Positions 12,801-27,328 of a DNA stretch of 64,000 nucleotides are shown here, piece by piece. This DNA is from Octopus sinensis. Lineage: Eukaryota. The stretch is from positions 2,356,001-2,420,000 of the forward strand of contig NC_042999.1 in NCBI RefSeq assembly GCF_006345805.1. Direction: 5' to 3'. The notes under the pieces were generated by a model. That model was not told the origin of the DNA and searched no databases. It saw nothing but the letters and a program-made list of their open reading frames with translations. The translations under genes and the position numbers were made by a program. Each line of letters begins with the position of its first letter. Positions within the stretch are counted from its first letter, which is position 1.

Positions 12801-14411
12801 TAGTTTCTACAACTAGATGCCATTCCTACCACCACCCAATTTACAGAGTACTGGGTGCTTTTACATAGCACCATCACCAGTGTTTTGTACATGGCATTAT
12901 TATCAGTGCTTTGAGGCAGCGAGCTGCCAGAATCGTTAGCACCCTAAGCGAAATGCTTAGCGGTATTTCATCTGTCGCTACATTCTGAGTTCAAATTCTG
13001 CCTTTCGTCCTTTCAGGGTTGATAAATTAAGTACCAGTGAAACAATGGGGTCGATGTAATTGGCTAGTCCTGTCCCTCAAATTTCAGGCCTTGTGCCTAT
13101 AGTAGAAAAGATTATTATTATTATTATCAAAGTGGGTGAGCTGGCAGAATCGTTAGTGTGCTGGATGAATTGCTTACTGGCATTTCGCCTGTTGCTGCAT
13201 TCTGAATTCAAATTCCACCGAGGTTGAAATAAAACCAGTTACGCATTGGCATCGATGTAATCAACTATCCCCCTTCCCCCCACCTAAATTTTCAAGGCCT
13301 TCTGCCTAGAATAGAAATGATTATTATCAGTGCTTTGTATGTGGCACTTTAGGGGGCTGAGCAGCATGGCTCTGGCCCTGGTAACATTATAATTTCCTGA
13401 TTCCAAAAGAGTCAGGCATAACAATGAAAAGAAATATGAGAACAAGAGTTGTAATTAACTGCCACACTTTATTCAAACACCTAAATGAAATTAAAGCAAA
13501 AAGAAAACGGTACATCTTGAATGATTCTGTCAGAAGATATACATATTGGTTTCTCATGCCGTTGGAACTTGGTGATGTCTGCTTGATGGAACACAACGAT
13601 GCATCAAAGCACTCTACTGAATAACTCTCTGCTTTCCATATTGAGATCTGAACTCAACCATGCCTTCCCACCACACTTAAGAATAATGGGAAAGATTCCT
13701 CTTTTTATAGCTGATGGTGGGCTCCAGGGAGCAAATATAATTTGTCCATGCTAGGCTGGTTTGTCACGTGATTGTATAGATAGCCCGCATAAAGGCAGAA
13801 AGTCTCAACCATCATGTGACCAGGTCATGTGACCACTTCTAGAAAATACATTGTGTGAGCCAATATTGAGGTATTAAATGCTAAATGGCTGAATGGAAAT
13901 CATACTTCTGCTGCAGAACCATCACTGAAGCTTTGTATGTGGCACCGTCACCAGTTTGTTGTATGCGACACCATCACCAATACTTTTTAAGTGGTACCAG
14001 CATCATATACATATATATCATCATCATCATCATCAACGTTTAACGTCCGTTTTCCATGCTAGCATGGGTTGGACGGTTCAACCGGAGTCTGGGAAGCCAG
14101 AAGGCTGCACCAGGCTCCAGTCTGATCTGGCAGTGTTTCTACAGCTGGATGCCCTTCCTAATGCCAACCACTCCATGAGTGTAGTGGGTGCTTTTTACGT
14201 GCCACCGGCATAGAAGCCAGTCAAGGCAGTGCTGCCATCGACCATGTTCGGATGGTGCTTTTTACGTGCCTCCTGTACAGGGATCATAACTACAATTTCC
14301 ATTTGATATTTATTTTGATGTTGATGTACTTGACTCAATAATAGGTCTCCTCAAGCACACCAGGTTACCCTATGATCCAAGGTAAGCACAGCAAGTCGTT
14401 GTGCAATCCAA

Positions 14412-14465
<54 letters not shown>

Positions 14466-14688
14466 ATGTATATGTGGAGCTTAGCAGTATTTCATCTGTC
14501 GCTACGTTCTGAGTTCAAATTCTACCTTTTGTCCTTTCAGGTTGATAAATTAAGTACCAGTGAAACAAGGGGGTTGATGTAATTGGCTAGTCCTGTCCTC
14601 CAAATTTCAGGCCTTGTGCCTATAGTAGAAAAGATTATTATTATTATTACTATTATTATTATCAAAGTGGGTGAGCTGGCAGAATCGT

Positions 14689-14870
<182 letters not shown>

Positions 14871-14881
14871 ATGTATATGTG

Positions 14882-15222
14882 AAGGCACGTGGCTCAGTGG
14901 TTAGAGCGTCGAGCTTACGATCGTGAGGTTGTGAGCTCAAATCCCGGACCGGGTTGCGTGTTGTGTTCTTGAGCAAGACACTTTATTTCACGTTGCTCCA
15001 GTTCACTCAGCTGTAGAAATGAGTTGCGACGTCACAGGTGCCAAGCTGTATCGGCCCTTGCCTTTCCCTTGGACGACATCGGTGATGTGGAGAGGGGAGG
15101 CCGGTATGCATGGGCGACTGCTGGTCTTCCATCAAACAATCTTGCCCAGACTTGTGCCTCAGAGGGTAACTCTCTAGGTGCAAACCCATGGTCAGTGTCT
15201 GACCGAAGGGGGTCACCACCAT
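14882..15222 (+). mobile_element. tRNA-derived SINE family E
   Basis: A box TGGCTCAGTGG, B box GCTCAAATCCC, core GTGTTCTTGAGCAAGACACTT. Relatives at about 297-420 and 29146-29750(-). Confidence 0.85.
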
Positions 15223-15479
15223 ACATATAAATATATTATACATACATGTTTAGGTTGCAATATATGGATTTAAAGAATCCTGTGGAACCCATGAAAAAGG
15301 TGCCTAAAAGCATCATTCTACAAGACATATAGAATATATAGTTCAATATAAGAGAAAATGATAGGGAGCGTATAATATATTTATGTTTTTAAATTATGAA
15401 ACAAATTGTCATAAAATTTGAATTTACTTATTGTTGAATAATATTTCATCAAACTATTTCTCAGGAATTTATAACTTTG

Positions 15480-15535
15480 TGTGTGTATGTGTATGTATAT
15501 ATATACATATATGTGTGTGTGTGTGTGTATGTATG

Positions 15536-15569
<34 letters not shown>

Positions 15570-15731
15570 TATGTGCATATGCAAACACACACACATACAC
15601 ACAACTGCATGCAAACATATGAGTGTGTATACAAGTTGCATGAATATCTGTACAATGTTTTGTATATGTGTGTATAAATATATATATGTATGTATGTGTT
15701 AATATATACATATATGTACATATATATATTA

Positions 15732-15779
<48 letters not shown>

Positions 15780-15784
15780 GTGTG

Positions 15785-15864
<80 letters not shown>

Positions 15865-17263
15865 ATACACACATGTATATATTCACAGTATGTATATATA
15901 TATATATATGTATGTATGTATATATACACACACATATATATATATATATAAATATATATATACCTGAATACAAATTACACCCAACCTGCAAACAAACACA
16001 CATGCTCACACATACATGCACCTGCATGCACACATATATATACACACCTACATTAAATATGTATGTATGCATGCACTTATGCAGGTATTTATGCATGTGT
16101 GTGTGTGTTTGTGTGTGTCTGTGTGCGTGTGTGTGTGTGGAGTACGCCTGCCAATTCATCTGTCTTTCAATATCGCATTATTAATTCCTACACTGATGTG
16201 CAATGAGCTGCTCATTCAGGAATACATGAATATCGTACACACACACACAGGAGGCACAGAGAATAATATTCTACACTCTCGTTCTATCCATTTGTTTGAC
16301 TCAAACTCACTTATACCTACATATCCATGTAGGAGTGTCTTTGATAGATGTCAATCTGTCCCAATCTTCCTTTCTCCCGCTCTCCTCCTTTCTCCATTCT
16401 CTTTCTGTAGTTATATGATATACACACACATACATACATACATACATACATATATACATACACATACATACATACATACATACATAAATACATACATACA
16501 TACATACATATATATATATATATGTAAGTGTATGGGTGTATATGTATGTAAGTATATATATATATATATATATATGTAAGTATGTGGGTGTATATATATA
16601 TATATATATACGCTTCCATGTACATATATATTAATATTTATGTATGATAAATATATAGATACATGTTACATGTACACTTATATGTATGTGTCTGTGTATA
16701 TATATGTATATATATATATATATTATATATGTATATATATAACATATATACACACATGCAGATGTATTCTATAAGTAATATGTATAAATAAACATTTCTT
16801 CTCTGTGTGTACATGGATGTGTGTGCTGGGTATAAACATACAGTTATATGTATACACATTGTATATATATTATATATACATACAGTATATATATACATAC
16901 ATACATTCATACATGTATATATATACATGTATATATCTGTATACACACATATATATATGGTATGTAATATATATATAAATACACACACACACACACATAT
17001 TATATAGCCATGCATCTATGTGCGTATCTGAGTGTATAAGAGGATGCCTGTGTACATGTCTCCATATGTACACCTGTTCTGTGCTTGCCAATCCTTCTCC
17101 CTCTTTGTTGCTTAACATTGCAGTGCAATCATTCGGATGAAATTCTATACCCCCTTATTCTTGAATACATCCTTATGCATGCATATAATTCATATGCGCC
17201 CACACGAACCACCGGGCCCTCACCCACCTACAAGCATGCACACAAACACACCCTCACTCATGC

Positions 17264-17310
<47 letters not shown>

Positions 17311-17858
17311 CATACATACATATATATACTTATATATATGCACATATATACATACATATATATATGCATATATGTATACATATTATATATGTATGTATGT
17401 ATGTAGCTGGCTTTCACATTTGAGTTTTAATCTATTTATCTACACGTATGTCATTTGTGTATTTATGGAACTAATAAGTTTTGTGATATCACTATTTGCC
17501 AATGCTGTGCACTTTGTTCATTACGTGAACTGATACATATATATATTTATATATGTATATATATAGACGTCATGTTGCATTTTCATTTCTTTCTCTCTTG
17601 CTCTTTTCCTATTTATCTATACCTTCAGGCATACAAACACGCATGCATCCATACATTCAGGCATACAAACACATATTCATACACACACACTCACACACAT
17701 ATATATGCAAATAAATTGCTTGGAAGATAGCTAGATGGATAGATTGATAGACAAAGAGATAAATATAGTCATATACAAGTATATACACACTTACATGCAC
17801 ACATATATGCATATGCATGCATACATGTGTGTGTATCTATATCTATGTACATATATGC

Positions 17859-17924
<66 letters not shown>

Positions 17925-18016
17925 GCAAGATATTTATAAACACATTTTATATCTATCTATCTATCTACATATATATATATAAATACATACTTACATATAT
18001 ATATCTGTGTGTGTGA

Positions 18017-18058
<42 letters not shown>

Positions 18059-18180
18059 CTTTATATTTATATATATATATATGCAAGATATTTATAAGCA
18101 CATTTTATATCTACATATATACATACATACTTACATATATATATGTGCAAGTGTGTGTGTATGTATATATATATATTTAT

Positions 18181-18216
<36 letters not shown>

Positions 18217-19081
18217 GCATATATGTGTGTTATTCTGTTATGTATTTTTATGCATTTTTGTGCACATGAACATATGCGAGTGTATACATGCACAAAACAA
18301 CATAATAGAACAATTTTACATATGTGCACATTCTACATCAAAATGCATCGTATGAATACATACGAACAAACGGTATTATACAATTACAAAACACGAAATA
18401 CGCTTGTAGTCATTGTGCGAATATCCATGTACGCATGTTTCATATTTGCTTCAAGTTCTATACAAGTATTTAAGTATATTTATTTTTACGGGTTTTTGTA
18501 TAGCTTAAAAAACATATTTGCCTTTTTCTTCGGCTATTTTCAGGATCCAGATTCTGTAATATAAGCTATTTCTATTTACAATTTTCTATTAATCCTTTTA
18601 CTATGACTACAGAAATATTTTGCAGTATATTTTGGTAAATAAATGCCGTAGAATTTTGCTGTCAAGGTTTATAATATGACAGATGTTATGTACGAGAAAT
18701 ATCTATTCCTCTTCTTCATCTTCTTCTTCATCTGCTTTTTGGTAAACAGCACTCAATTAAATCATATACATGTGATTTGTATACATACATACATACATAC
18801 ATACATACATACATGCATGCACCTATATGTATGTATATATATATATACACATACACATACATATGTATATATATATATATATATATATACATATATATAT
18901 AAATATATATATATATACACACACACATATATACATATGCATATATACATATATATAAGTATATATATATGTGTGTGTGTATGTAAATGATGTATATACA
19001 TATATATAAATACACACACATATATGTATGGATATATATGTGTATATGTATATATGTGTGTACATGTATGTATATATGTAC

Positions 19082-19150
<69 letters not shown>
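15480..19150. repeat. Compound (AT)n/(CA)n/(CATA)n microsatellite block with short unique islands
   Basis: Directly visible. It generates the YI/HT/CV ORFs in the track. Confidence 0.95.
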
Positions 19151-19151
<1 letters not shown>

Positions 19152-19414
19152 TTTGATACTTTGATACTTTGATAGGTTTCGGCCATTATTGGCCCAGGCC
19201 ATGTCTAACTTAATAGCACCACCTGGTGAAGTCTTTCAAGTCAGAATTTGGGCACTATGGCCCACTCAAGTAGAGAGTTATTGTTTACAGAGATATATCC
19301 GGGTGTAGGGGGTTGATTCGGGATTTCTTGAAGGAATCTGTCCAAAGACTTCTTGAACCCTATAGGGTCAGTTTCTGTTTTAATGTGTTTTGGTGTAATG
19401 TTAAAGAGAGCGGG

Positions 19415-19449
<35 letters not shown>

Positions 19450-19496
19450 TTATTTATATATATGCACTTGTGTGTGTGTGTGGGTGTATACATATA

Positions 19497-19807
19497 TAGG
19501 TGGTAATATAGCTGTGTGGTAAGAAGTTTGCTTCACAACCTCAAGGTTCCAGGTTCAGTTCCACTTGGGCAAGTGTCTTCTACAATAGCATTGGGCCAAC
19601 CAAAGCCTTGAGTCTGGATTAGGTCTACGGAAACTAAAAGAAGTCTGTTGCATATATATTATATCATCATCATCATCGTCGTTTAACATCTGCTTTCCAT
19701 GCTGGCATGGGTTGGACGGTTCAAATGGTGTCTGGGAAGCCAGAAGGCTGCACCAGGCTCAGTCTGATCTGGCAATGTTTCTACGGCTGGATGCCCTTCC
19801 TAACGCC

Positions 19808-19845
<38 letters not shown>

Positions 19846-19847
19846 GT

Positions 19848-19881
<34 letters not shown>

Positions 19882-20090
19882 CTTTGTGTCTGTATTTGTC
19901 CCCCACCACTGCTTGTGAACCGGTGATGGTGTGTTTACATCCCTGCAACTTTGTGGTTCAGCAAAAGAGAATGATTAAATGAGTACCCGGCTTAAAAAGT
20001 ACCATGGTTGATTCATTCAACTAAAACTCACCAAGGTGGTGCCCCAGCATGGCCACAGTCTAATGAATGAAACATGTAATGGATAAAAAT
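19497..20090 (+). mobile_element. SINE A interrupted by a SINE C fragment (about 19665-19807)
   Basis: A 5' half, then the reversed RTE-type tail, then the A 3' half. Confidence 0.8.
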
Positions 20091-20274
20091 TAAAAGATAC
20101 ATATATATAGGTGCCAGCATGTCTGTGTGGTAAGATGCTCGCTTCCAAACCACATGGTTCCGGGTTCAGTCCCGGTGTGTGGCACCTTGGCCAAGTGTTT
20201 TCTACTATAGTTATGGGCCAAGTAAAGCCTTGTGAGTAGACTTGGTCGACAGAAACTGAAACAAGATACCACAG

Positions 20275-20835
20275 ACCGAATGGTATCCGTGCACAGTTTC
20301 CCTTCTCTTTCCCAAATCATTATTTCAGTTCTATTGTTCTTATATTTTATTGAGATCTTCACTGGTACATTCCACCAGGATTCTTTTTTATTATGAGTGT
20401 CTATGGCTTCTACCATACTGTGGATTCTGATCTCTTTGTCCTCGTAGTTATCCTTCCGATGGATTTCATTATAGAGTGTCCTAGCTACATTATGTCTCAT
20501 CAGTAGATAATACCATGATGACATTTTCAGACAACTGCTTATGATGAGGGTAATATCTTCAGTGTTTACTCCACAAAGTCGGCAACAGTTACTACATTTT
20601 GCTGCTTTTCTTGCATCTCTGTCCCTTTTGTGCTTCAGTATTTGGTTGATATTTTGTGTCCCTGGATTGCAAATGCATACATTTCAAAGTAGTAATCCGG
20701 CTATTCGTCCATGATAAACTGCTTTGATGATCGATGTTGTTATAATCTCGGAGCTTTCTACTAACATATCCATGCATGGTTTTCAGTTCATATAGGCTCA
20801 TCCTTTCATCTGATGATACATTGTGGAAGAGTCTT
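20275..20835 (-). mobile_element. R4/Dong-like (restriction-like endonuclease) non-LTR retrotransposon 3' fragment
   Basis: KTMHGYVSRKL…, CRLCGVNTEDITLIISSCLKMSS.YYL.MRHNVA (CCHC-type knuckle), WWNVPVK and NRTEIMIWER (degenerate RPD motif). Confidence 0.8.
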
Positions 20836-20924
20836 ATGTATGTATGTATGTATGTATGTATGTATGTATGTATGTATGTATGTACGCATGCATGCATGTA
20901 TGTATGTATTCTTCCTCGTTTTAA

Positions 20925-21317
20925 TCTCTCTCTATATAAAGCTGAAGTTGTCTGTGTATGGCAGGTTTGGTAGCCTTCAACTAACACTATCTCCTCCGAG
21001 ACCCTGAGGTGCAAGTTGACCAAAATTGAGAGTATGATAGAAGAAGGCTTGCTCTTCCTTCCGTAGAAAAAAAAATTCAAATCGGGCCATGTTAACACCA
21101 AAAATTGTTTACATCAAAAGGGTGCTTTTTTTCCTATGAAAATCCCTATTTTTTACGATTTTTTGACTGCTGTGTCGCCATTTTTCGGTGTATTTCAACC
21201 AGAAAAATGTTCACTTAAAGAGAATAACATGCTACATAATGCAGAATTTTTACTTTTCAAAAATTCCAATTCTAAAGGGTCGAAACAAACCCGAGCAACG
21301 CCGGGCGATACTGCTAG
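20925..21317 (+). mobile_element. Non-autonomous Helitron
   Basis: 5' A|TC…TATATAAAGCTG; 3' hairpin CCCGAGCAACGCCGGG followed by CTAG|T. Confidence 0.8.
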
Positions 21318-21619
21318 TTTAAAATAAATTTTGACTAGCCAACTGCTTGCTAGCAAAGGTTGTGAAGGAAAGTATTTGTTTTTGTTCATTATCCTTTAAA
21401 TCTTAAGGATGGTTGCACATTTTTATTACACCAGATATTGTGATATCTGCAGTGTATGAATTAAGGATTTGCGTTCTCTCCCCACGATGCCAGGTTTAGC
21501 CATACTTTGCTCCAATAATAATAGGTATGAAGCTGAAAGTGTATCTTGGGAATTGGATTAGCAAATTCTTTATCAAAGGTCCATAAATGTTCTCTTCCTT
21601 TTGGATTATGTACATACAC

Positions 21620-21650
<31 letters not shown>

Positions 21651-22117
21651 CATACATACATACATACATACACACACATACATACATACATATACATACA
21701 TACATACACACAAATACATACATACATACATACATACATACATGCATATACATACATACGTACATGATTACATATACATGCATACATACATACACATATA
21801 CATACACATGCATGCACACATATATACATAATGTTTTTATGATTTATAATTTAAAGGCAGGTATTAAATATTTACATTACCTGTGACACAATATTATCAC
21901 AAATATTTAAAATTATGACAACCATATTAATATTTGTTTGAGTCGACATTTTCCTTTCGTTTTACTTCTTTTCCTGTTTTGAATCAAACCTCACTTTAAT
22001 ATTAATCTTATTCTATCTGATGCGCTACACTGATCAACATGTACTCTGGCATTTTAGTGCCACAAACAATACGATAAGTTCCAACTGAAAAGGCTGAATA
22101 TATTTAAGATGGGTTCA

Positions 22118-22550
22118 TGTGTGGCTGTGTGGTAAGAAGCTTGCTTCTTACCACACAGCCAGACCTGCACCTATATTAAGGTGGTGAGCTGGCAGAATCG
22201 TTAGCACACCGGGCAAAATGCTTAGCAGTATTTTGTCTGTCTTTACATTCTGAGTTCAAATTCCGCCAAGGTCAACTTTGCCTTTCATCCTTTCGGGATC
22301 GATTAAATAAGTACCAGTTATGCACTGGGTCCGATGTAATCAACTTAATCTCTTTGTCTGTCCTTGTTTGTCCCCTTTATGTTTAGCCCCCTGTGGGCAA
22401 TAAAGAAATAAGAAGCTTGTTTCCCAACCACATGTTTCTGGGTTCAGCCCTACTGCATAGCAAATTAGGAAAGTGTCTTCTGCTACAGCCTTGGGACAAC
22501 CAAAGCCCTCTTAGTGGGTTTCATATATGGAAACTGAAAGAAGCTTTTCT
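22118..22550 (+). mobile_element. SINE A 5' part interrupted by SINE B (about 22178-22410)
   Basis: Same junction as at 5372-5608: the B tail AAAGAAATAAGAAGCTTG runs into TTTCCCAACCACATG. Confidence 0.8.
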
Positions 22551-23139
22551 TTTTATTTTCAGTTGGTAAACTAACCAAAGGCATAAAGACAATGAATACA
22601 TTTACAGTCATTTATTTTCTATTCAAGTTTGGAAAACAAATAAAGAGAGAAAGAGAGAAAAAGAAAGGAAACTGTTGTTCAGATTCCTTTATTTTTCTTG
22701 CCATGGACTTTAAGTGTTATAATTTATTTTTATATATTCTATCCATGCATGCAATTTCTTTCCTTGGTTTCATATTGGTTTCCCCAGTTTCTAAGTAAGG
22801 CAATATTCCATTATGGCCAGAAATGTTTGCACAGAACATTGAAAAAGAACAGCATCACTTGTATCATGATGATGATGCTTATTTACCACCATCACATGAT
22901 GTGGCAAGACACACAGACACACACGCACACACAGATATAAGGCAGTGCTCCAGCATGGTCACAATTAAATGACTGAAACATATAAAAGTATAAAGGAATG
23001 TATATATATGTATATATATCAAATAATAAAGTTAAAACATGGTCTGGTTTTTATGCTTTTTATTCTTGAATTTCAAACTATTTTTTTTACAATGCTTCGA
23101 TTAATTATGGACATGTTTCTGGATTAGAATTATACAAAT

Positions 23140-23688
23140 TCATTCCCATCCTCGAAAGAGTCCAGAAGCTGGCTACCCGCATGGTTCTTGGTCTCAAGAA
23201 TTTGTCTTATGAAGAAAGGCTGAAGATGCTCGACCTTTATTCTCTAGAAAAACTCCGCTGCCATGGTGATCTCATTCTCGCTCGCAACATCATAAGCGGA
23301 AAGTGTAACCTCTCAAAAGAGCTGTTCTTCACTCCTGCTCCAGAGCATTGGCTGTGGGGTCACTCCGAAAAGCTCTATCAAAAGAGCTGTTCTTCACTCC
23401 TGCTCCAGAGCATTGGCTGTGGGGTCACTCCGAAAAGCTCTATCTGCAACGATTTCATCTCAATCTAAGGAGAGGGGCTTTCTCCATCCAGGTTGCGGAT
23501 CCGTGGAATAAGCTGCCGGATAAGATAGTGAAGATGCCGACGACCGCTCGGCTCAAAGTCTCTCTTGACCAGAAATGGCCTGAACTCTTTGCATGAACAC
23601 CCTCCCTGTACATAACTCCATGTCCCCCTAAATGGCCTTGCTTTTTGCTTTTTGAGCCAAAAAATTAACTTAACTAACTTAACTAACT
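23140..23688 (+). mobile_element. CR1/L2-type LINE 3' end of a second family, with a 65-bp internal duplication and a (TAAC)n tail
   Basis: RVQKLATRMVLGLKNLSYEERLKMLDLYSLE…GDLI…GHSEKLY…FSIQVADPWNKLP. 23314-23378 equals 23379-23443. Confidence 0.9.
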
Positions 23689-24009
23689 ATTTCAATAATT
23701 TATAAATTTGAAAATGCTAGAAACCTACCCTTTGCATCCCGCCCATGTGCCATCAGAAAATAACAGAAGATAGTCACCACATCCAAATTTATATAGACGA
23801 GTGAATTCGCATTTTCCTGTCAAGAAACTACAGTTTTCTTTTTAAGGTACTATCTTGTGATGCACATGGTTATCTTAGAAGGAAAATGTGAATTCACTCT
23901 TCTATATAAATTTGGATGTACTGACTATCTTTTGTTATTTTCCGATAGAGCATGGTCGGGATGCAACGGGTAGGTTCCAAGCATTTTCAAATCTACAAAT
24001 TATCGAAAT
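23689..24009. repeat. Fold-back (MITE-like), about 130-bp arms and a 60-bp spacer
   Basis: 23689-23818 is the reverse complement of 23880-24009. It begins right at the (TAAC)n tail of a LINE. Confidence 0.8.
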
Positions 24010-24574
24010 ATTATGCTGAGGATGGGAATGAATTTGAATAATTCTAATCCAGAAATGCGTCCATAACTAATTGAAGACTGTTTGATTTCGTTATTTTTCT
24101 TCTTTTTGCCTATGTGAGTTACAAATATTGTTATCTGTGGAGTAATATCTGTAGTAAAAAGGGAATGAGCTGGCTTTAGCTGCTATTTCTAAATTTTCGG
24201 TATGTGGTGAAGCAACTTGTTGCTTAACCCTTAATTATATTTATATATAAAACAACATTTTGTAAAAGTTCCTACTGATAATGGTTCTCTTTCTATACCA
24301 AAACTACTTGGTAAAATTTATTTATTATTAATTTGATAATTCTTTACCATTATATTTATATATATATATATTAGTATATTAGTAAAGGTAAGATTCAAGG
24401 ATCAAAGTGTAGGAAGTTAGGGAGCTTCAAGCAGTCCATAGAAGATATAAAATCAACTTTCAGGAACAACAGTGGTTTATTGGTGCAGAAAGTTGTGAAT
24501 TTTTCCTGTACCAAAGTACAGTAAACTTATTTTATAGTTCACAGTTAGCAGCTGGGGTTGCTGTATATGCTAAT

Positions 24575-24958
24575 AAATATCCAACAATTAAGGAAAGGAG
24601 TAGATGAAATCCAGGCTACATATGTTTCATAGCTAGTGGAACCTCAGAAGTAGTAATAATCCAAATGGGGGCTAGACTGCAAGGTAGTCTTCAGGCTGAA
24701 GATCCCTTGATTATATGAAGTTTACATTGTTATCAGGAGATTCTGTGTTAACTCACATGGGAATTCAATTGAAATGTGTAGAAAACACAGTTCTAGAGGA
24801 AAACATATGTAAGCTTCAAGTAAAGACGGTCTTTTTGGCCAGAAGAGTAGCTTGTGATCCACCCCTCATCTGGATAATTACTACTTCCAAGGTTCCACTA
24901 TCTTTGAAACATATGTAGCCTGGATTTTATCTACTCCATTCCCTAATTTCGGTATTTT
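24575..24958. repeat. Fold-back with about 97-bp arms, carrying hammerhead remnants
   Basis: 24575-24671 is inverted at 24862-24958. Both arms contain GAAACATATGTAGCCTGG, and CTGAAGA occurs on both strands at 24688-24702. Confidence 0.7.
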
Positions 24959-26303
24959 TGTGTATATATATATTTGTGTATTAAGGTTACTATTGGTTTC
25001 ATGTTAAAAAAATATCTTTTCAATTCTTCAAGCCAATTCCATTGAAAAATAGGTGTCCGCTTCCATTTTGGATTAAAACACGAAAACACATGGGAATTCA
25101 CAAAAGCACATATTCGAGGCATGGCCATCAGGGTGTTTCTAAGTGCATTTGGATGCTTAACCAGAACAAATCATCAGGGAATGCTTTATTACATAAATTA
25201 ACACAGAAATACAGAATATTGGACTTGGTTAGAAAACAAGATCGTTAAGCACTCAGCCATTCCAGCACCTCATATATTCATATATTCAGAATATCAGAAA
25301 ATTGTATGCCCTGGCGTACTTTTGATTCTAAGCCAGCTCCGTCATGTTTGAGCTAAGGTTAAAGAACATTACCATCATCTTCGTAATCATCGTTATTATC
25401 ATCAACAATAACTCTAGTGAAGGATTCCATATTGTATTTTATGACATCAGCATTCATATTTATAACTGCTGACTAGTAATAAAAATGAGATTTGAACTCG
25501 TGTGATGACATTGTAATCCATCATAAGTCATTTACAATGCAATCGAATATGGAAGAACATAAGAAACAAAATCATATCGACAGAAATATAGAAGCTCTAC
25601 AAGGAAAGCAATTATATTAGCTATGCTAATGAATACATATAATAACACATATGTATATGTCAAGGGAAGAAGAAAAAAACAACAATACAACACCAGGAAG
25701 TGAAATACGAATAAATACAGAAAAGAGATATAGTATTCAAATATGTATTTATGCAGAGAGGCACATACACAAGCCACAGACACACAGAGAAATGCAGGAG
25801 GAGAAGCATTTAAAGAAGAATTAAAAGTTATAAGAGAAATGTGTGAATAGAAGCCAAACATGTACACTCACAAGCAGACAAATGTATGCACACACAAATT
25901 CACACCCACGCATTATAGATTGCAAGCATGAAATTCATTATATACATGTACGTATACATACATACATACATACATATATATGTGTGTGTGTGTATACATA
26001 CATACAAACATACATAAATACATACATACATATGTATATATATACATGTGTGTATTTATAATGTGTATGCAGATATTTATATATACATATATGAACACAC
26101 ACACACACACACACAAATATATATGTATATATATAAATGCGTGTATGTATCAATATATGCATAATGCATAAATATGAGCATGGGATATACAGAATATACA
26201 TAGATACATATATATTGTATATATATATATATATATGCATTGATACTGATAGAGATAAATAGCTAGATAGATAGACAGATAGATAGATAGATAAAGAGAT
26301 AGA

Positions 26304-26338
<35 letters not shown>

Positions 26339-27028
26339 GGGGGTGTATATGTATATAAATATATATGTAGAGTGTGTGTGTATATACAAATATACATATG
26401 CATATATATATAAATATATAAACATATATATATGTATATATATAAACATATATCTATGTTTACTTACGTATATGTGTGTGTGAGCATCTGTGCATGTGAA
26501 TGCAAGTGTGTGTATGCCTGTCTCTCTCTCTCTACATATATGTATATTTATATATACATATATATATATACATGTATATGTGTGTGTGTGTGTGTGTAGC
26601 AATGTATATATGCATGGATGTGTTTGTTGGCACACATAGTAGTGTGAGTATACACCCGTGTGCATGAATGTATACATGTATGCTGACATGTATGCATGCA
26701 TATATGTATATTTCTACACAGATATCTATGAATGCAGGCATATACACATGTGTGTATATATGTATGTATACAAATACTCATACAAACAAAGCAAGTGAAA
26801 TTTTGATAAGTGATTAAATGAAAGATTCCAGGAATTCTATAGAAATTATTAAATTCATTTTATTACAAATTGTGAAAATTAATGCATTCAGATTGAGACA
26901 GAGTGGTTCCATAGTGTTTCTTGTTAATTTCCAGGTTGTTTTCTGTTTTTTTATTAGCTTTTTGCTTTTTCTGATAACATTTATGTATTTTGTATTTCTT
27001 TTGTAGGACTGGAAAGAGATGCTATTTG

Positions 27029-27065
<37 letters not shown>

Positions 27066-27285
27066 TTGTACCAACCTATCTCTCCATCTACCTGCCTACC
27101 TACATGTCTCTCTATCTACCTACTGATCTATCTATCTATCTATTGAGCTATCTACCAACCTATCTATCTATTGAGTGAGCTATCTATCTATCTATATCTA
27201 TATCAATATCTATATATATATATATTATATATCTGTCTATCTACCTAGCTCCCTCCCTATCTATCTATCTATCTATCTATCTATC

Positions 27286-27328
<43 letters not shown>

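Noticed and set aside
19150-19215. GGCC…GGCC GAAAC half-hammerhead next to (AT)n (similar weak case at about 25100-25132)
   Set aside because: Only part of the motif is present; too degenerate to call.
25532-25867. Hydrophobic 111-aa ORF resembling a membrane protein
   Set aside because: The T-rich low-complexity strand inflates F/L/Y/V content; there is no motif or splice support.
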